Below, in pieces: positions 24,281 to 38,500 of a DNA stretch of 64,000 nucleotides. A program made the position numbers and the translations under genes. How positions within the stretch are numbered: position 1 is the first letter of the stretch; each line of letters begins with the position of its first letter. The DNA comes from Bilabrum cf. latius (Eukaryota): contig OZ237762.1 of the NCBI GenBank assembly GCA_965178125.1, positions 682,001 to 746,000 of the forward strand. The letters are read 5' to 3'. The notes under the pieces were generated by a model that saw only the letters and a program-made list of their open reading frames with translations, was not told the DNA's origin and did not search any database.

Positions 24281-27200
24281 ATGGCGTCTGCAAACCCCGG
24301 ATCAAGTGCAGCATTTCGGGTCGAAGACCATGTTGAAACAGACGGTGCTCGTGGTATCGCTGCTGAAGAAACAGGAATAAATCCACTGATTGCCCGCGAT
24401 ATTTGGTGGGCAGCGCGTTGCTTGGATCCCTCCAAACTTCAAGAGCATGTGCATGGCATGCAGGCTGAGGAGATCGCAGGCATATTTGAACACGGGCTTT
24501 CGGTGGTCCAGTCCCTCTTCGCCGTGTTCTACCATCCCAAGTATTACATTTCAAATAAGAGATCCCCTCAAGTTGGTTGGAAAAGGAGTAACATTAGGGG
24601 CCTGTTCGGAATCGACGCAGAGCAAGCAGGTCGAAACGATGCAACGCCTTTTGTATGCGACACTGCCAACAGCGCCGAGGAGGTAGCCAAGCGAGCTGGG
24701 AAGGATGCTTAGCCCCTAGCTTCATTTCGCGATGGCGATGCAGGTCCATCTAGTGGAGCAGGAGCAGCTCGTGGTTGCAGCAAGAGCGCCAGCATGACAG
24801 CGCAACCGTCGATCCTCGCCCGCAAGGACGGCACGGTGTTCATGACCATGGAGGAAGCCAAGCGAAGGTTCGGCGCGTGCCTGGACATCCTGATAGAGGC
24901 CCTTGGGGGCGCGGAGTCTTCCTGCTTCAAGGCGGCGATCGACTTGGAACCAGAGGACAATAAGCCAAGAGACAAGTCAGGGTTCGAGGCACTGCCCCCT
25001 CACCCCGTGGTGCTGGCAATGGGGCGGAACCTCCCAGGCGCCGCGCATCTGATCCGAGCTGTGGCATCTGACGTCACGTCAGGGTGGTACACTGTGTCGG
25101 TCCGCAAACCGAGCGGCTACGGCGTCCGCGATCGCAAAATCAAGCCCTCCTCTGGCTTCGGCATGGCCTTCCTGTAGCTGGCCCAGATGCCAAGGAGCAG
25201 CCACAGCCTGCACATCCTGGCCGCACGGTCAGGAAATGTAGAAGCACTGAGAGCCATGGCGGAGTGCGGCATTCCTGCCAAGACAAGGGGATGGACAGTG
25301 CTGTACGAGGCGTGCTTCCAGTCGCAGGTGGAGGTCATTCGGTATGCGATCGATGAGCTGGGAATGGATCCCAGGACCTCGACGATCAAAGACGGCAAGG
25401 TTCCGTTCGACCACAGTATCACTGCTCCCAGCACTGGTGCGTTCGATCTGCTGGTGGACGAGTACGGCTTCGGCGATCGGCTGGAGGCAGACGGTCCTGC
25501 CATGCTGTCTAAATCGCTCTGCGGTCTAAACCAGGTGGCTCTGTCCCTCATCCGGCGCGGTGTGCCCCACGACACGAAGTCACTCAGGGCTGACAGTCTG
25601 GGCAAGAATCTTGCCTTCATTGCTTTGTCGCGCAAAAGCGGCATCCAATCCGCGCTTGATTTGATCACGGAGAAGACGCAGACCAGGGTGCCGGTGCTTG
25701 AGGCTCTCATGCAGCCACCAGTTCCATGTCGATGGTACGAAGTGTCAGACGTGTGGGGCATACTGCTGAATAGATACAATTATGGTGACAAACGAGCCAT
25801 CAAGGGTCTAGAGCTCGTACTGACATGGCTGCTAGAGCGTGGGCTGACAGGACCCGAGACCCCTGGGAAGCTGGCCATCCAACTTCGTGCTACCTGGGCC
25901 CTTGATGCCGCTGCCAAGCATGGGTTCGAGCCTTTACGGGAGGATATCAGCAGAGTGCTTCGCTTGCATTCGGAGGATTTGAGGTACTCGGGGGGCGCTG
26001 CTGAGGAAAGATGGCACTTCTACCACAAGTTCAGCCAGCTGGAGGCCGTGCGGGACTTCATGATGCACGGTACAATCGCCGATCCGGACGACCCTGCCCT
26101 TCCCGATGCCCCCGCTGCGGCATGCGCTGTTGCGATCATTGCCGAGGTTACTGTGAGGGAGTCCAGCTCGACCACAAAGATCCGTGCGATCCGCAGCTGG
26201 ATCCCGCCAGGCGCCAACGTGAGCTTTGCTCCCACGGTCGGACAGATGACTTCGACGCAGCAGAGGCAACCACGGGCAAGACATGTCCGAGAGCAATTCC
26301 CTGCTTAGCATCAGAAGTACACACCTCTGGCCAGGGCGATCCTGCGCAAAGAGCATGCCCTGGCCTTGTACTTGCTTCTTCGAGGAGCAACGCTTCATCC
26401 CGTCCATGACGCGTGCACGGAGTAGGATCTACGGGTGTTGCTGAGTGGAAGTGGTCTGGCGAGGCGCCCTCACGGCGAGTACGAGCGTTTGCTTCTCGAT
26501 TGCATCTCGGCCGGAGACACTGTTCGGCTCCGTGAGCAGCTGTTGAGTGGGCACGGTGGGCAAGACCTTCTTGGCAAAGTCAAGGCGATCCTGGGCGGCA
26601 ACCTCAAGCGACAGCTGGCCATCGCTAGATGGCGACGGGCTGGGCTTGTCCAGCTGTGGGCCGGCAGTGCCTGGAAGTGGGCGAGGGAAGGCAACATGCG
26701 GGGTCTGCGGAAGTCGATCAAGATCGGTGCTAGGGCTGGGGCACTGGAGCAGACTCAATCAATGAGCGTGGTATCCGGCGAAGCAGCAGCAAGCTCTGCA
26801 GGAGGCAAATATCGCTCGTCACAGTACGGACGAACGGTATCGGCCGCTGACCCAGGTGGATGTGCAAGTGCGGGAGGAGCTGCAGCGTCCTCCGAGCAAT
26901 CCGATGGCCACTTTACCAGCGACGGGTGCACGCTGCTCATGGCAGGCGCTGCCAGCGGGAATGCCGAGATCGTGAAGCTGCTATTGGCGCTGGGAGCCGA
27001 TCCGAGTGTGACGAGTGCGGACGGTGCCACTGCAGGCGTGTGGGCAGAGCGGGCGGGGGCAGCGGAATGCGCTGCACTGCTGCACGAGGCCGAGGCACGA
27101 CTGGCTAAGATGCGATAGAGGACTATTGTGGCCAACACACTCGTCCAGCTGTCGCAAACCCGGGCTGTTGATCTCCAAGACCAGATCCGCATGCTTCAGG

Positions 27201-27694
27201 CAGAGCTGCAACGCACCCGCGAGGTCGCTCTGATGGCAGCAGAGGACAGGCGGAGCGCGGGCTGGGCCTACAACCGATCCGTGATGGTGACCCACGGCCC
27301 TACTGCATCCAGCGCTCTGGTGGGGGATGGCAGGGGCACGGTGAGGGTGGGTGTGACCAGTGCGGCCGGGTCGGGGGGGCATGGCTTGCGCGACCGCCGG
27401 GCAGCGATGGCGGCGTTCGAGGAGCTGGATGTAGGCGGCGGTGCACCGCTGTGCGAGGCAGCGGGGGTGCCTCGGCTAGCACCTTCCGAAGGTGCGCAGG
27501 TCTCGTATCGCCCTCATGAGATAGAGGCGCACAACGCGCGGTTCCAGCAGATGCAGGCAGAGGCGAGGAGGAGGAATCCGTGGGGATACAGGCAGGGTGT
27601 TGAGCCGGTGCCTCTCAAGCCGGAGCAGATCAAGCTGCCGTCCAAGCCCAGGTCAACGCCACGGGCAGAGGGCGAGCAGCAGGACTTGCGCTGA
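24281..27694 (+). CDS. Ankyrin-repeat protein, tandem copy A (~1137 aa with TAG=Gln)
   Basis: Same-frame pieces joined by TAG at 24710, 25175, 26306, 26423 and 27116; ends in TGA. Ankyrin motifs: LHILAARSGNVEAL, GWTVLYEACFQSQVEVIRY, YTPLARAILRKEHALALYLLLRGA, DGCTLLMAGAASGNAEIVKLLLALGADP. Confidence 0.85.
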
Positions 27695-28312
27695 GGAGCA
27701 TCAGGCGGCTGGGATACATAGCAGTTGGCGTTGCGATGATGCTTCAACGCACTGGCGCGTGCTATGCATAGTGCAGTTTGCGAGCGGTGCACATCGAGTT
27801 GGTACGAATTTTCTGGTTGATCACGGGGACTTTGGAACCCGTTCGTGCGATCGATCGAAGCTGTAGACTACTTGTGCAAATTACCCTTCAGAATTTCAGC
27901 CCAGTTGCTGAATCGCAGCGAACAAGCTAGCGTGACTTTGTATAGGTGCCGCAGACTTTTGGCGCTCGGTTGGAAATTCGCGCAACTCGTGGGGCAGCCA
28001 ACTGAGGTACAACGCGATTGTGTGGTCTGCCACGGATATGCTAGACCGAGGTCCTCACGATTCACGTGAGCACCATTCATAGATGTCTTGCCCCTAAAAC
28101 TCCAAACGGAACGAGTCTAAATACACGATTGTCCCAAGATGGCTGCGCTTTTACAAGATACTACCAGCCGAAGCAGGTGCTCCGTCCACAAAAATGCACT
28201 GCACTGCAGCTCAAGCGAGCAACTCTCGCTGCACACAATTCATTTGTGGTGATCACAACCTGAAACCAATTTCCACCTGGTGGGGTGATAGACTTATAGC
28301 GACTTGTGAAGT

Positions 28313-31300
28313 ATGGCATCAGTAGATCCCGGATCTGTAACAGGTCTTCGCAGTGCCCTAATGGAAAGTAGCGAAGAATCGCAGCAAAGTCACGGCCTTG
28401 CTATTCGAATTGGCGCAGCTGGTGCCCGGTAGCTGTCTTCAGTAGGTGCTTGTGATATTTGGTGGGCAGTGCGTTGCTTAGATCCCTCCAAACTTCAAGA
28501 GCATGTGCGTGGCATTCAGGCTGAGGAGATCGCGGGCATATTTGAACACGGGCTTTCGGTGGTCCAGTCCCTCTTCGCCGTGTTCTACCATCCCAAGTAT
28601 TACATATCGACGTAGCAACTTCCTGAAATTGATTGGGGGTATTTGGCATGTGATGATATGTTTGGAATCTCAACCGAAGGTGCAGATCAGCATGATGAAA
28701 CGCCTTTTGTATGCGACACTGCCAACAGCGCCGAGGAGGTAGCCAAGCGAGCTGGGGAGGATGCTTAGACCCTAGCTTCATTTCGCGATGGCGATGCAGG
28801 TCCATCTAGTGGAGCAGGAGCAGCCCGTGGTTGCAGCAAGAGCGCCAGCATGACAGCGCAACCGTCGATCCTCGCCCGCAAGGACGGCACGGTGTTCATG
28901 ACCATGGAGGAAGCCAAGCGAAGGTTCGGCGCGTGCCTGGACATCCTGATAGAGGCCCTTGGGGGCGCGGAGTCTTCCTGCTTCAAGGCGGCGATCGACT
29001 TGGAACCAGAGGACAATAAGCCAAGAGACAAGTCAGGGTTCGAGGCACTGCCCCCTCACCCCGTGGTGCTGGCAATGGGGCGGAACCTCCCAGGCGCCGC
29101 GCATCTGATCCGAGCTGTGGCATCTGACGTCACGTCAGGGTGGTACGCTGAGTCAGTCCGCAAACCGAGAGGCTACGGCGTCCGCGATCGGAAAATCAAG
29201 CCCTCCTCTGGCTTCGGCATGGCCTTCCTGTAGCTGGCCCAGATGCCAAGGAGCAGCCACAGCCTGCACATCCTGGCCGCACGGTCCGGAAATGTACAAG
29301 CACTGAGAGCCATGGCGGAGTGCGGCATTCCTGCCAAGACAAGGGGATGGACGGTGCTGTACGAGGCGTGCTTCCAGTCGCAGGTGGAGGTCATTCGGTA
29401 TGCGATCGATGAGCTGGGAATGGATCCCAGGACCTCGACGATCAAAGACGGCAAGGTTCCGTTCGACCACAGTATCACTGCTCCCAGCACTGGTGCGTTC
29501 GATCTGCTGGTGGACGAGTACGGCTTCGGCGATCGGCTCGAAGCAGAAGGTCCTGCCATGTTGACCGAAGCGATCGGCGATTGCAACGAGGTGACTCTGT
29601 CCCTCATCCGGCGCGGTGTGCCCTACGACACGAAGTCATTCAGGGCTGACAGTCTAGGCAAGAATCTTGCCTTCATTGCTATGTCGTGCAAAAGCGGCAT
29701 CCAATCCACGCTTGATTTGATCACGGAGAAGACGCAGACCAGGGTGCCGGTGCTTGAGGCTCTCATGCAGCCACCAGTTCCATGTCGATGGTACGAAGTG
29801 TCAGACGTGTGGGGCATACTGCTGAATAGATACAATTATGGTGATGAACTAGCCATGAAGGGTCTAGAGCTCGTACTGACATGGCTGCTAGAGCGTGGGC
29901 TGACAGGACCCGAGACCCCTGGGAAGCTGGCCATCCAACTTCGTGCTGCCTGGGCCCTTGATGCCGCTGCCAAGCATGGGTTCGAGCCTTTACGGGAGGA
30001 TATCAGCAGAGTACTTCGCTTGCATTCGGAGGATTTGAGGTACTCGGGGGTCGCTGTTGATGAAAGCTGGCGCTTCTACCACAAGTTCAGCCAGCTGGAG
30101 GCCGTGCAGGACTTCATGATGCACGGTACAATCGCTGACCCGGACGACCCTGCCCTTCCCGATGCCCCCGCTGCGGCATGCGCTGTTGCGATCATTGCCG
30201 AGGTTTCTGTGAGGGAGTCCAGCTCGACCACAAAGATCCGTGCGATCCGCAGCTGGATCCCGCCAGGCGCCAACGTGAGCTTTGCTCCCACGGTCGGACA
30301 GATGGACGCGCTGGATCCAAGAGGTCAAACATGGTCCAAGGCTCACACGAGTCGTGTGATGTTCCCTGCTCGAGTTCAATAGTTCACGCCTCTGGCCAGG
30401 GCAATCCTGCGTAAAGAACACGAGCTGGCGGCGTATCTGCTGCTTCGGGGAGCGCGCTTGCACCCGATCCATGATGCATGCAACGGCCATGAGCTTGAGG
30501 ATCTGTTCTGCAATTCTCGGTGGGCAAGCAGGCCGCGCAATCGTTTCGATTGGAAGCTCACCGACTGCCTTGTAACCCACGACACGGAAAGGCTGCGAGA
30601 CCTGCTGCTGTGCAGCAGCGGGTCTGACCCAGTACTCGGCAAAGTCAAGGCGATCCTGGGCGGCAACCTCAAGCGACAGCTGGCCATCGCTAGATGGCGA
30701 CGGGCTGGGTTTGTCCAGCTGTGGGCCGGCAGTGCCTGGAAGTGGGCGAGGGAAGGCAACATGCGGGGCCTGCGGAAGTCGATCAAGATCGGTGCTAGGG
30801 CTGGGGCACTGGAGCAGACTCAATCAATGAGCGTGGGATCCGGCGAAGCAGCAGCAAGCTCTGCAGGAGGCAAGTATCGCTCGTCACAGTACGGACGAAT
30901 GGTATCGGCCGCTGACCCAGGTGGATGTACAGGTGCGGGAGGAGCTGCAGCGTCCTCAGACCAAGCCGATGGCCGTTTCACCAGCGACGGTTGCACGCTG
31001 CTCATGGCAGGCGCTGCCAGCGGGAATGCCGAGATCGTGAAGCTGCTGCTGGCGCTGGGAGCCGATCCGAGTGTGACGAGTGCGGACGGTGCCACTGCAG
31101 GCGTGTGGGCAGAGCGCGCGGGGGCAGCGGAATGCGCTGCACTGCTGCACGAGGCCGAGGCCACCAGAGCTCGGCTGCTGAACAGGCGCGATGAAGCGTC
31201 CTCGCTCATATAGTCGTCAAAACATCGTAAAGCTGGCATCAAGGACCAGATCCGCATGCTTCAGGCAGAGCTGCAACGCACTCGCGAGGTCGCCCTGATG

Positions 31301-31741
31301 GCAGCAGAGGACGGGCGGAGCGCGGGCTGGGCGTACAACCGATCCGTGATGGTGACCCACGGCCCTGCCGCAGCCAGCGCTCTGCTGGGGGAGGGCAGGG
31401 GCACGGTGAGGGTGGGTGTGACGAGTGCGGATGGGTCGGGAGACCATGGCTTGCGCGACCGCCGGGCAGCGATGGCGGCGTTCGAGGAGCTGGATGTAGG
31501 CGGCGGTGCACCGCTGTGCGAGGCAGCGGGGGTGCCTCGGCTAGCGCCCTCCGAGGGTGCCAAGATGGTGCTTGGACCAGGTGAGACTGCGGCACGCAAC
31601 GCACAGATGCGCTAGATGCGGCTGCAGGACAGAGGCCTGTGGATGAACAGAGGTGCGAGCGTGCAGCCATAGCAGCGAGTGCGCCTTCTCTTGCCGTCCA
31701 AGCCCAGGAAGCGTGCTAGTGATGGAAAGATAGGGGTATGA
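28313..31741 (+). CDS. Ankyrin-repeat protein, tandem copy B (~1142 aa with TAG=Gln)
   Basis: Starts MASVDPGS (copy A: MASANPGS). TAG at 28430, 28613, 28766, 29231, 30380, 31211, 31613 and 31670; ends in TGA at 31739-31741; colinear with copy A to LPSKPR. Confidence 0.85.
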
Positions 31742-32549
31742 TATGCGTGTTGATCGATCGATGTATCATGCTTTGCAATCTGTGCAAGCAGACTGGCGCA
31801 GCAGCACGACGTGCTCTGTGGCCTGCTAGCTGCATGCACCCTGGCTGTGGGCTTGATGGCCCACCGTGCCGAGCGATTGACTCACAAGGATGCGCGTCGC
31901 AACCAGGATTCAGGTTGTATCTGAGCTGGAACTCGCGCCAATTTCGCTCATGAACGACCCGTCCAGCAGTTGATCGATGGATCCCCCGGATTGCTCGCTC
32001 TCGGCCCCCTTCTGGCAAGCTGGCATTCCAAAAGCATCCTAGCTTCGCCCAAGCATGCCAATAAATGGATTTCTTGTAGATGGCAACTAGTCCACGGCAT
32101 CTCCAGACTACGTTTCCCGTATCGCAAAGAAGTCTCGTCGCCTCAGTGATCGCGTGGCCAACTTGACGTGTCGAGCTCGCTTTCGACTGACTTCCTCCCG
32201 AGCTCGGGTCCCTAGCCTATCGAGCCATTCTGGACATGTTCCTGCGCGTGATGATTGGTGATATGTTAGTCTGCTAGCTGTCTCAGACTCCAGCTGCACG
32301 TCTACATGAGTGCAGGCGCTCGTTCCTTGCACATCGTCTGCCGGCGCTTTCAGCGAGGACAGTATTCGCGCACTACGTTTTGCCTAAGCTAGAGCATGGT
32401 CAAGTGCTGGGAATTCCATTCTAGCAGGGCATACAGCACTGCAACTTGCCGGCCCGGCCGTTGTGCAAGTCGGGAACGTTCGTTGCTCCCGGAGTAAGGT
32501 TCCTTATCAGTAGGCAGTTCTCGTCTTACAGTGAGCGGCAAAACGAAAT

Positions 32550-35500
32550 ATGGCTGCGTCTCGGTCTGTGAAACAAACTTCAGATCCATGGGCATCCCGC
32601 ATCGAGACGTGCCTGCCCGCAATTTTATCCGTGAAAGTCTCAAAGTTGTGCGATATTGACGGGAGCACGAGGCCAAGCTCGTCGCAAGGGACTGGCTTCG
32701 TTGTTGACGCTGCCAAGGGTCTGGTCCTCACCAATCGACATGTTGCAGGAGTAGGCCCTGGGACGCACCGAATCGAAACTTCCAAAGGAGATAGCGCGGA
32801 GGCTACACCTGTCTATTTAGATCCTATCCACGATTTTGCCATTTTGGCAGTGCGCTAGTCAGACTTGCAGGCTACTTTTAGGCATGAGATCCCTTTGAAT
32901 CCGGAGGGCGCAATTGTAGGCCGTGAGATACGCCTCCTGGGCAATGATGCCGGCGAGCGGCTGTCGGTTTCGAGGGGTACGATCTCCCGTGTGGATCACA
33001 ACCCACCGAGCTATCACATCCAGACATACTGCGATTTGAATCAACTATATATCATGTGCTCATCGTCTACTACGAGCGGGAGTAGCGGCAGCCCAGTTTT
33101 AAACGTTGACGGCGAAGCAGTGGCACTCAATGCTGGCAGCCGGACAAACGCATCGACGGCGTTCTACCTCCCCTTGCATCGTGCCAGCCGCGCCCTTTCG
33201 TTCGTGCGGAGAGGGTTACTGCCGCCGAGAGGAGAGCTTGGCGCTTGCGTGAGATTCTTGCTGCCAGCAGAGGCGAGGGAGATGGGAGCACCAGACACGT
33301 ATGTCAGAAGACTCCTCGCACACGACGAGAACAAGGGCAAGAATAGCGAGGATGGCAGCGGGGTAGAGGAAAACAGTGTGGGTATCAATGAGGCTGGGGA
33401 TGACGAGGCAATCAGCGGCAGGGATTCGCCACTAGGCCTAGAGGCACAGACCAAGTCTGCCGTGCACGGTGATTCTAGCTCCGAATCCATACGGCCTGCT
33501 TCGCGATCCGAGCTTGAGGCTGCGTGCGGCCTTGCGACGGACTTTGCCTCCGGCAGTCCAGTCGATGGTTAGGCCGGTCGCAGCCCCAGTGCAGCCCATG
33601 GCGACACACACAGCGGGTCGTAGGCACACTCGAGACACGTCCATTCACAGTATGTGCAGGACCCGCACGGGATAGTGACCCGGGGTGTGGTAGGGGTCAA
33701 TCGCGTGCTTCCTGGCCTTTCCTAGGCTGTCCGGTTGGCGGTTCGGGTTGCGTCCGATCTTGATGTGGGCGAAGGTGACTCGGGCAAAGCAGAGTCTAGC
33801 AGTGACAAGAACCCGTCATCGTCGTTGTCATCAGCTTCGACGGCGGCACTGCAGCTGCCCGCCTCTGACGCTGACACGGGGTCGTCTTCCCCGGGTGTGA
33901 AGTCCACCGGTGGACTGGGCGAGCTGACGCCGCTCGGCAGGTCCAGCAGCGGGGCCAGAGGCGCTCTCGCTGTCGTGCCCGAGCCGGCCAAGCCAGGCGA
34001 GCTCTCGCTGTCGGACTGTGAGTCCTGGAGGCGCAGGTTCGAGACCCGCTGCGAGAGCGGCGCGATTCCGGAGGGTTCTATTGCGCCAGCATCCGGCCTT
34101 TTAGAGCAAAAAAGCTCTGACGAGCCCGGTGACAGCGGCATCCCTCGGCTGGAGGCAGGGGATGGCATCCTCGGCGTCAACGGGATGCCACTGTACTCCA
34201 TGGGACTGCTGCAGGCAGCTCTAGACCGGGCCATCGAGCGGCTCCCGGTGCTACCCCCGACGCATCGCACCACGGCACAGCATAGGGCTGTAGCGGAGGG
34301 AGAGCTGAAGAAGCTGCGCGATGCCGCTGACGGAGCACTGAAGCAGGCGGTGGAAAGCCAGACAAAGGAGCTTGAATCAGCATTTCCCTCACCCCCGCTA
34401 GACTCCCTGGGGCCAAAATCGCTCACAATGAAATAGAAGAACGCGCCGAGCGTTGGTGATAATACACCGGTGGATGGGACCCACTCTACTCTGCGGCACC
34501 TGCCCCTGGAGCCACCGGGCTGGCTTCCCACGGCTGCGGCTGGTGCCCGGATTTGGCTGGATGGAAAGGCCGCCCAACGGTGCCAGCAGCTGAACGCGTG
34601 GCTATAGGACCAGATGAACGGGCTGAACGCTCCTTCGCACGTAGATGGCGAGTCTAGCTTGCCAGCTGCAGTGGCGAAGGTCGGCACCACTATAGCTGGC
34701 GAGATGGAGGAAAGCCAACCGACGGTCGCAAAGACGATAGGCATGCTGTTTGAAAATGATATGCCTACGCCGATGCCGCCCCCTGGCGCGGTGATTTTGG
34801 ACGTGCTTCGTGGGGGCCGGCAGCACCTGAGGTTCTGCATGCCCGTGCTAGACGCGCATGCCCTGGTGGCCCGCAGGGTGCTTGCCCTGTCAGGCGATGT
34901 GGTGCATGAGCTGCCGTACAGCTAGTCGCTGCTGCTCCCGGCGAAGGCAGAGTCTGTGTGCCTCGCACACGCAGGCGAGATCCTGCCACTGTGCGCAGTC
35001 AAGAATCCTGTGGGCACGAGCGCGCGGATCGACAACATTGACGGGCGTGACACGGCCACTCTGGGCAGAGTCACGGGTGCGCTGGCTAGTGTCCCCGTCG
35101 GTGCCCGCTTCTCTATCGGGCTGGGCTTCATTTGCTCGCCCAACACGGACAGTCCCAGATCCGCCGCCATGCTGAGGCAGCTGGCCCTGTGCCGCGTGCT
35201 CACGAGGGCGCCCGCGGACGCGCTTCGGTGGGTGCCCATGCACCCAGGCAGCGCCTCGCGGGAATATCCAGCGACAGAAGCTGCAGAAAATGGTCGGGTA
35301 TCGCATGCTGCTGCCGCAGGAGGCCCGGGGCGGTTCGGTAGTGGCCAGTGGCGCGACGTCATGCTGCCCCTCCCACGCCCGATAGACCAGTACGAAAGCA
35401 CCCTGTTCGGGTCGGCTGCTTTGCGCGATCCAGGTGTAGATTGCTGGTCCAGAAGCCTGCTGCTTGATGTGCTGCCTGGTGAAGACGACGTGTCGTTTGC

Positions 35501-38500
35501 CAGGCGAGCACTCCTGGCGGCCGCTGCCACCCGAGAAACCGACGCAAGTCTCATGGAAAGGGACTCGGAGGGCTCGGATATCAGCGCCGGAAAGGACAGG
35601 TCGCTCAGCAGAACGAAGCAGAAAGTGCGGCGCACCATGGCGGACCGGCTGAAGAAGACGTGGACTCACCTGCCGCTCGTTCCAGAGGAAAAACTCGCGG
35701 CAAGGGGGAAACATGCGGTGCGGCTCAAGCCGTAGCTGGTGAGGGCGTGCCGAGGGGTTGTTGGGGTAAGTAGCAAGACCGCTCATTTCATCGATGGGCT
35801 GCGACCTGAAGTGGGCCGCGGTGTGCGGGGCCAAGGCATTGTGGTGAACAAGTCGCTTGGCCTCGTGCTGACCGCGCGGGAGGTCGTGCCGCTCGGCATC
35901 TGCGAAGTTACGCTGAAGCTGGGGCTGCACTCCGCCCCAGCGCATGTGGTCTACATCTCACCACAGACGAGCATAGTGCTTCTGATGGCTGATTTCAAGG
36001 CAGCCGGCTGGGAGGACGAGCTGGAAGAGATTCCGATCAACCCGCGCAAGCTGCACATGGTTCCCAAATCGAGCACCGGCAACGTCACGAAGGATGAGAG
36101 CGGTAAGGAGGGCAAGTCCGAGGACTCTAGCGATAGCGATAGCGATAGCGATAGCGATAGCGATACCGGTAGCGGTGGTGAAGGCAGTGAAGCTGACGAG
36201 CGCACGACGAGCAAGGCCACCAAATCCGGTGATGGTAACCATGGCAAGGGCGATGCTGGAGTTCGAGGCGGTGGCCCCGCTGCTGATTCCACTGCCGGGG
36301 ATGGGGCTGCAGCTGGCAGATCAACAAATCACTCGTCCAGCGATCACGGGAAGAAGTGCAATCCAACGGATGTCAAGAAATCGAAACAGAAAGAACGGGC
36401 AGCAGAGCGCAACAGGCTGGCCACAAAGGCGCATGACCTGGGCAAGGCTTACAAAGAGGAGCTGGAAGCCGGCGCGACCACAGGCGGTCCACCAGTGGAT
36501 TAGCCCGTGGCGTCAATCCCGGCGTCTCCCATGGGTTGGTTTGTGCAGCTGCACAGCGACAACTTCTGCCGCGTGTCACGAGGCGCGCCCCTTAAGTTCG
36601 AGGTGACCTCTATCTCGACTGGCTCAGCCAGCTACTACGGGAACGGTGGCCTGACCCGAAGGGTAGACACGGGCCATGGGTGCGGTTGCGTGGAGCCGCA
36701 AGGCAGTTCAGACCAGCAGTGGCAGTGGAGCTGGACTCGGGACAGCCTGTCGAAGGGGTACCTGGGCGGCGCGGTGATCGACGAGGAGGGCACTCTCAGG
36801 GGCATCATGGCGGTGGCATTCAAGCCAGTAAGAATCGTGCCAGCCGACGCCTTTGCCCATCCGATCCGCATGGTGATCGATCGAATTGCCAGGGGCCGAT
36901 GCTCACCGGTACACTGGGGCATGGTTCCAGCCACGTTTGCCGTGGCGACCGTGTCTCAGCTGACGGGTGTCGCCGCGCTTCCGCCGGGAGAAGGGGGCCG
37001 GTTTGACAGGCTGAGACCCATCGGTCAGGGGATGCTGCAGGTGAAGGATACGCACAAGTAGCACACCCATCGACTAGTAGAGCACAGGCTCAACAGCCTA
37101 AGGATGATCCTGCTGGCGCATGCCGCAGCCCACGGGGTGAACGCGGACACGATTCGAAGAGCGAGGGAGGGATCGGCCAGAGACGCTGAAAAGGTGCGCG
37201 CTGTTGACGAAGAGGTGGCACTCATGTACAAGTTTCAGATGAAGTAGCTGCAGGTGCTGCAGAAATCCAACCCCAAGGGCATGGTATCCCCCGAAGAGCT
37301 CATCTAGAATGGCTTTGATGGGCTCTCGAGGGAGCAGAAGGAGTGGGCAATTGCTGATAGCGTCATGATTCCTGCCCTCAGGCCCTTAAACCCGGTGAGG
37401 GCTGGTGACATTCTCCTGGATATCGTCCCGTATATGTCACAGGCGACGTTCTTGCTGCAGGCATAGGCAAGCGAATGGATGCAGGCGATGGACAAAGTCA
37501 AGGACTGGGTCAGTCCGCAAGAGGATCTGCCGCTGTGGGAGCGCCCTGTGATCAGCCAAGGCTCGCTAGTGACTCGCATTCGAATGGACTCCATGCTGAG
37601 TCGGAGTCCATTGTACCACAGAATGGTAGGGAAGAAGGAGTCTACGCGCACAAAACGAGGAACGTCTGTGCTTCAGCAGCTTTGGCGACTTGTGTTCGGA
37701 TCCGGTCGGGGCACCAAATCGTCAAAGAAATCTTCGGAAGACGGCGACAAGTACGCCCGCGGAAGTGGCATCCCTACATCCCTGGCCCAGTTTCAGTCCT
37801 CCTTGAGAGATGCAATCAAGGGCTCGCCAGACGAGGGGTTCACGGAGAAGGTCCGGCTGTACGGTCGCTTGCTGCAGAACAAGACGGATTTGCTCGCCAC
37901 GGAGGCCTGGGAGCTGATCGAGAAAGAGAAGGGCCTGGGAGAGAAGGTACCTGCATTCTACCGACGCAGGGCTAACAATATCCGGAGGATGATCCGCCAG
38001 GCAGACAGCGCATCTTCGCCCGAGCTCCGTGGCCTTGTAGCGCACATCGGTAGTAGCCAGCAGGGTGACGTGAGAGCTTGGATGGCCAAGCCACAGCAGC
38101 AGCTTGCGCAAGACCAGTACCAGTACAGCGGAATTGCTCTCAAGACGTTTATGCGGGGAGTGTCAGAAGACCAAGGCAAGGAAGAAGAGAAGGATCAAGA
38201 GTAGGACGGGGGCAATGGTGGCAGTGGCAAGACGAGTTAGACTACCGAAGAGGACGGGGCCGGCAAATCATCCAAGGAGGCGGAGAAATCGGAGACGTCA
38301 AAGCAAACAGCTTCAGGCAGCGATCCTGCGGCAGTTCCCGACCGGCTGCAGATACACGACGAGGAAGACAAGGCGATGGCGCCGACACACGTGCTATGCA
38401 AGAAGGGCAAAGACCTGGCTTCCTGGCTGCCCACGCACTGGGTTCGCAGTATCTCCAAGTAGACAAGTCCTCTCGAAGTGGCTGCAGTACAGGCATTCCG

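Larger units (their letters stand above)
24281..31741 (+). repeat. Direct tandem gene duplication (offset ~4.06 kb)
   Basis: Long near-identical blocks, e.g. 24640-26248 vs 28696-30304 and 26571-27093 vs 30637-31159. Confidence 0.95.
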
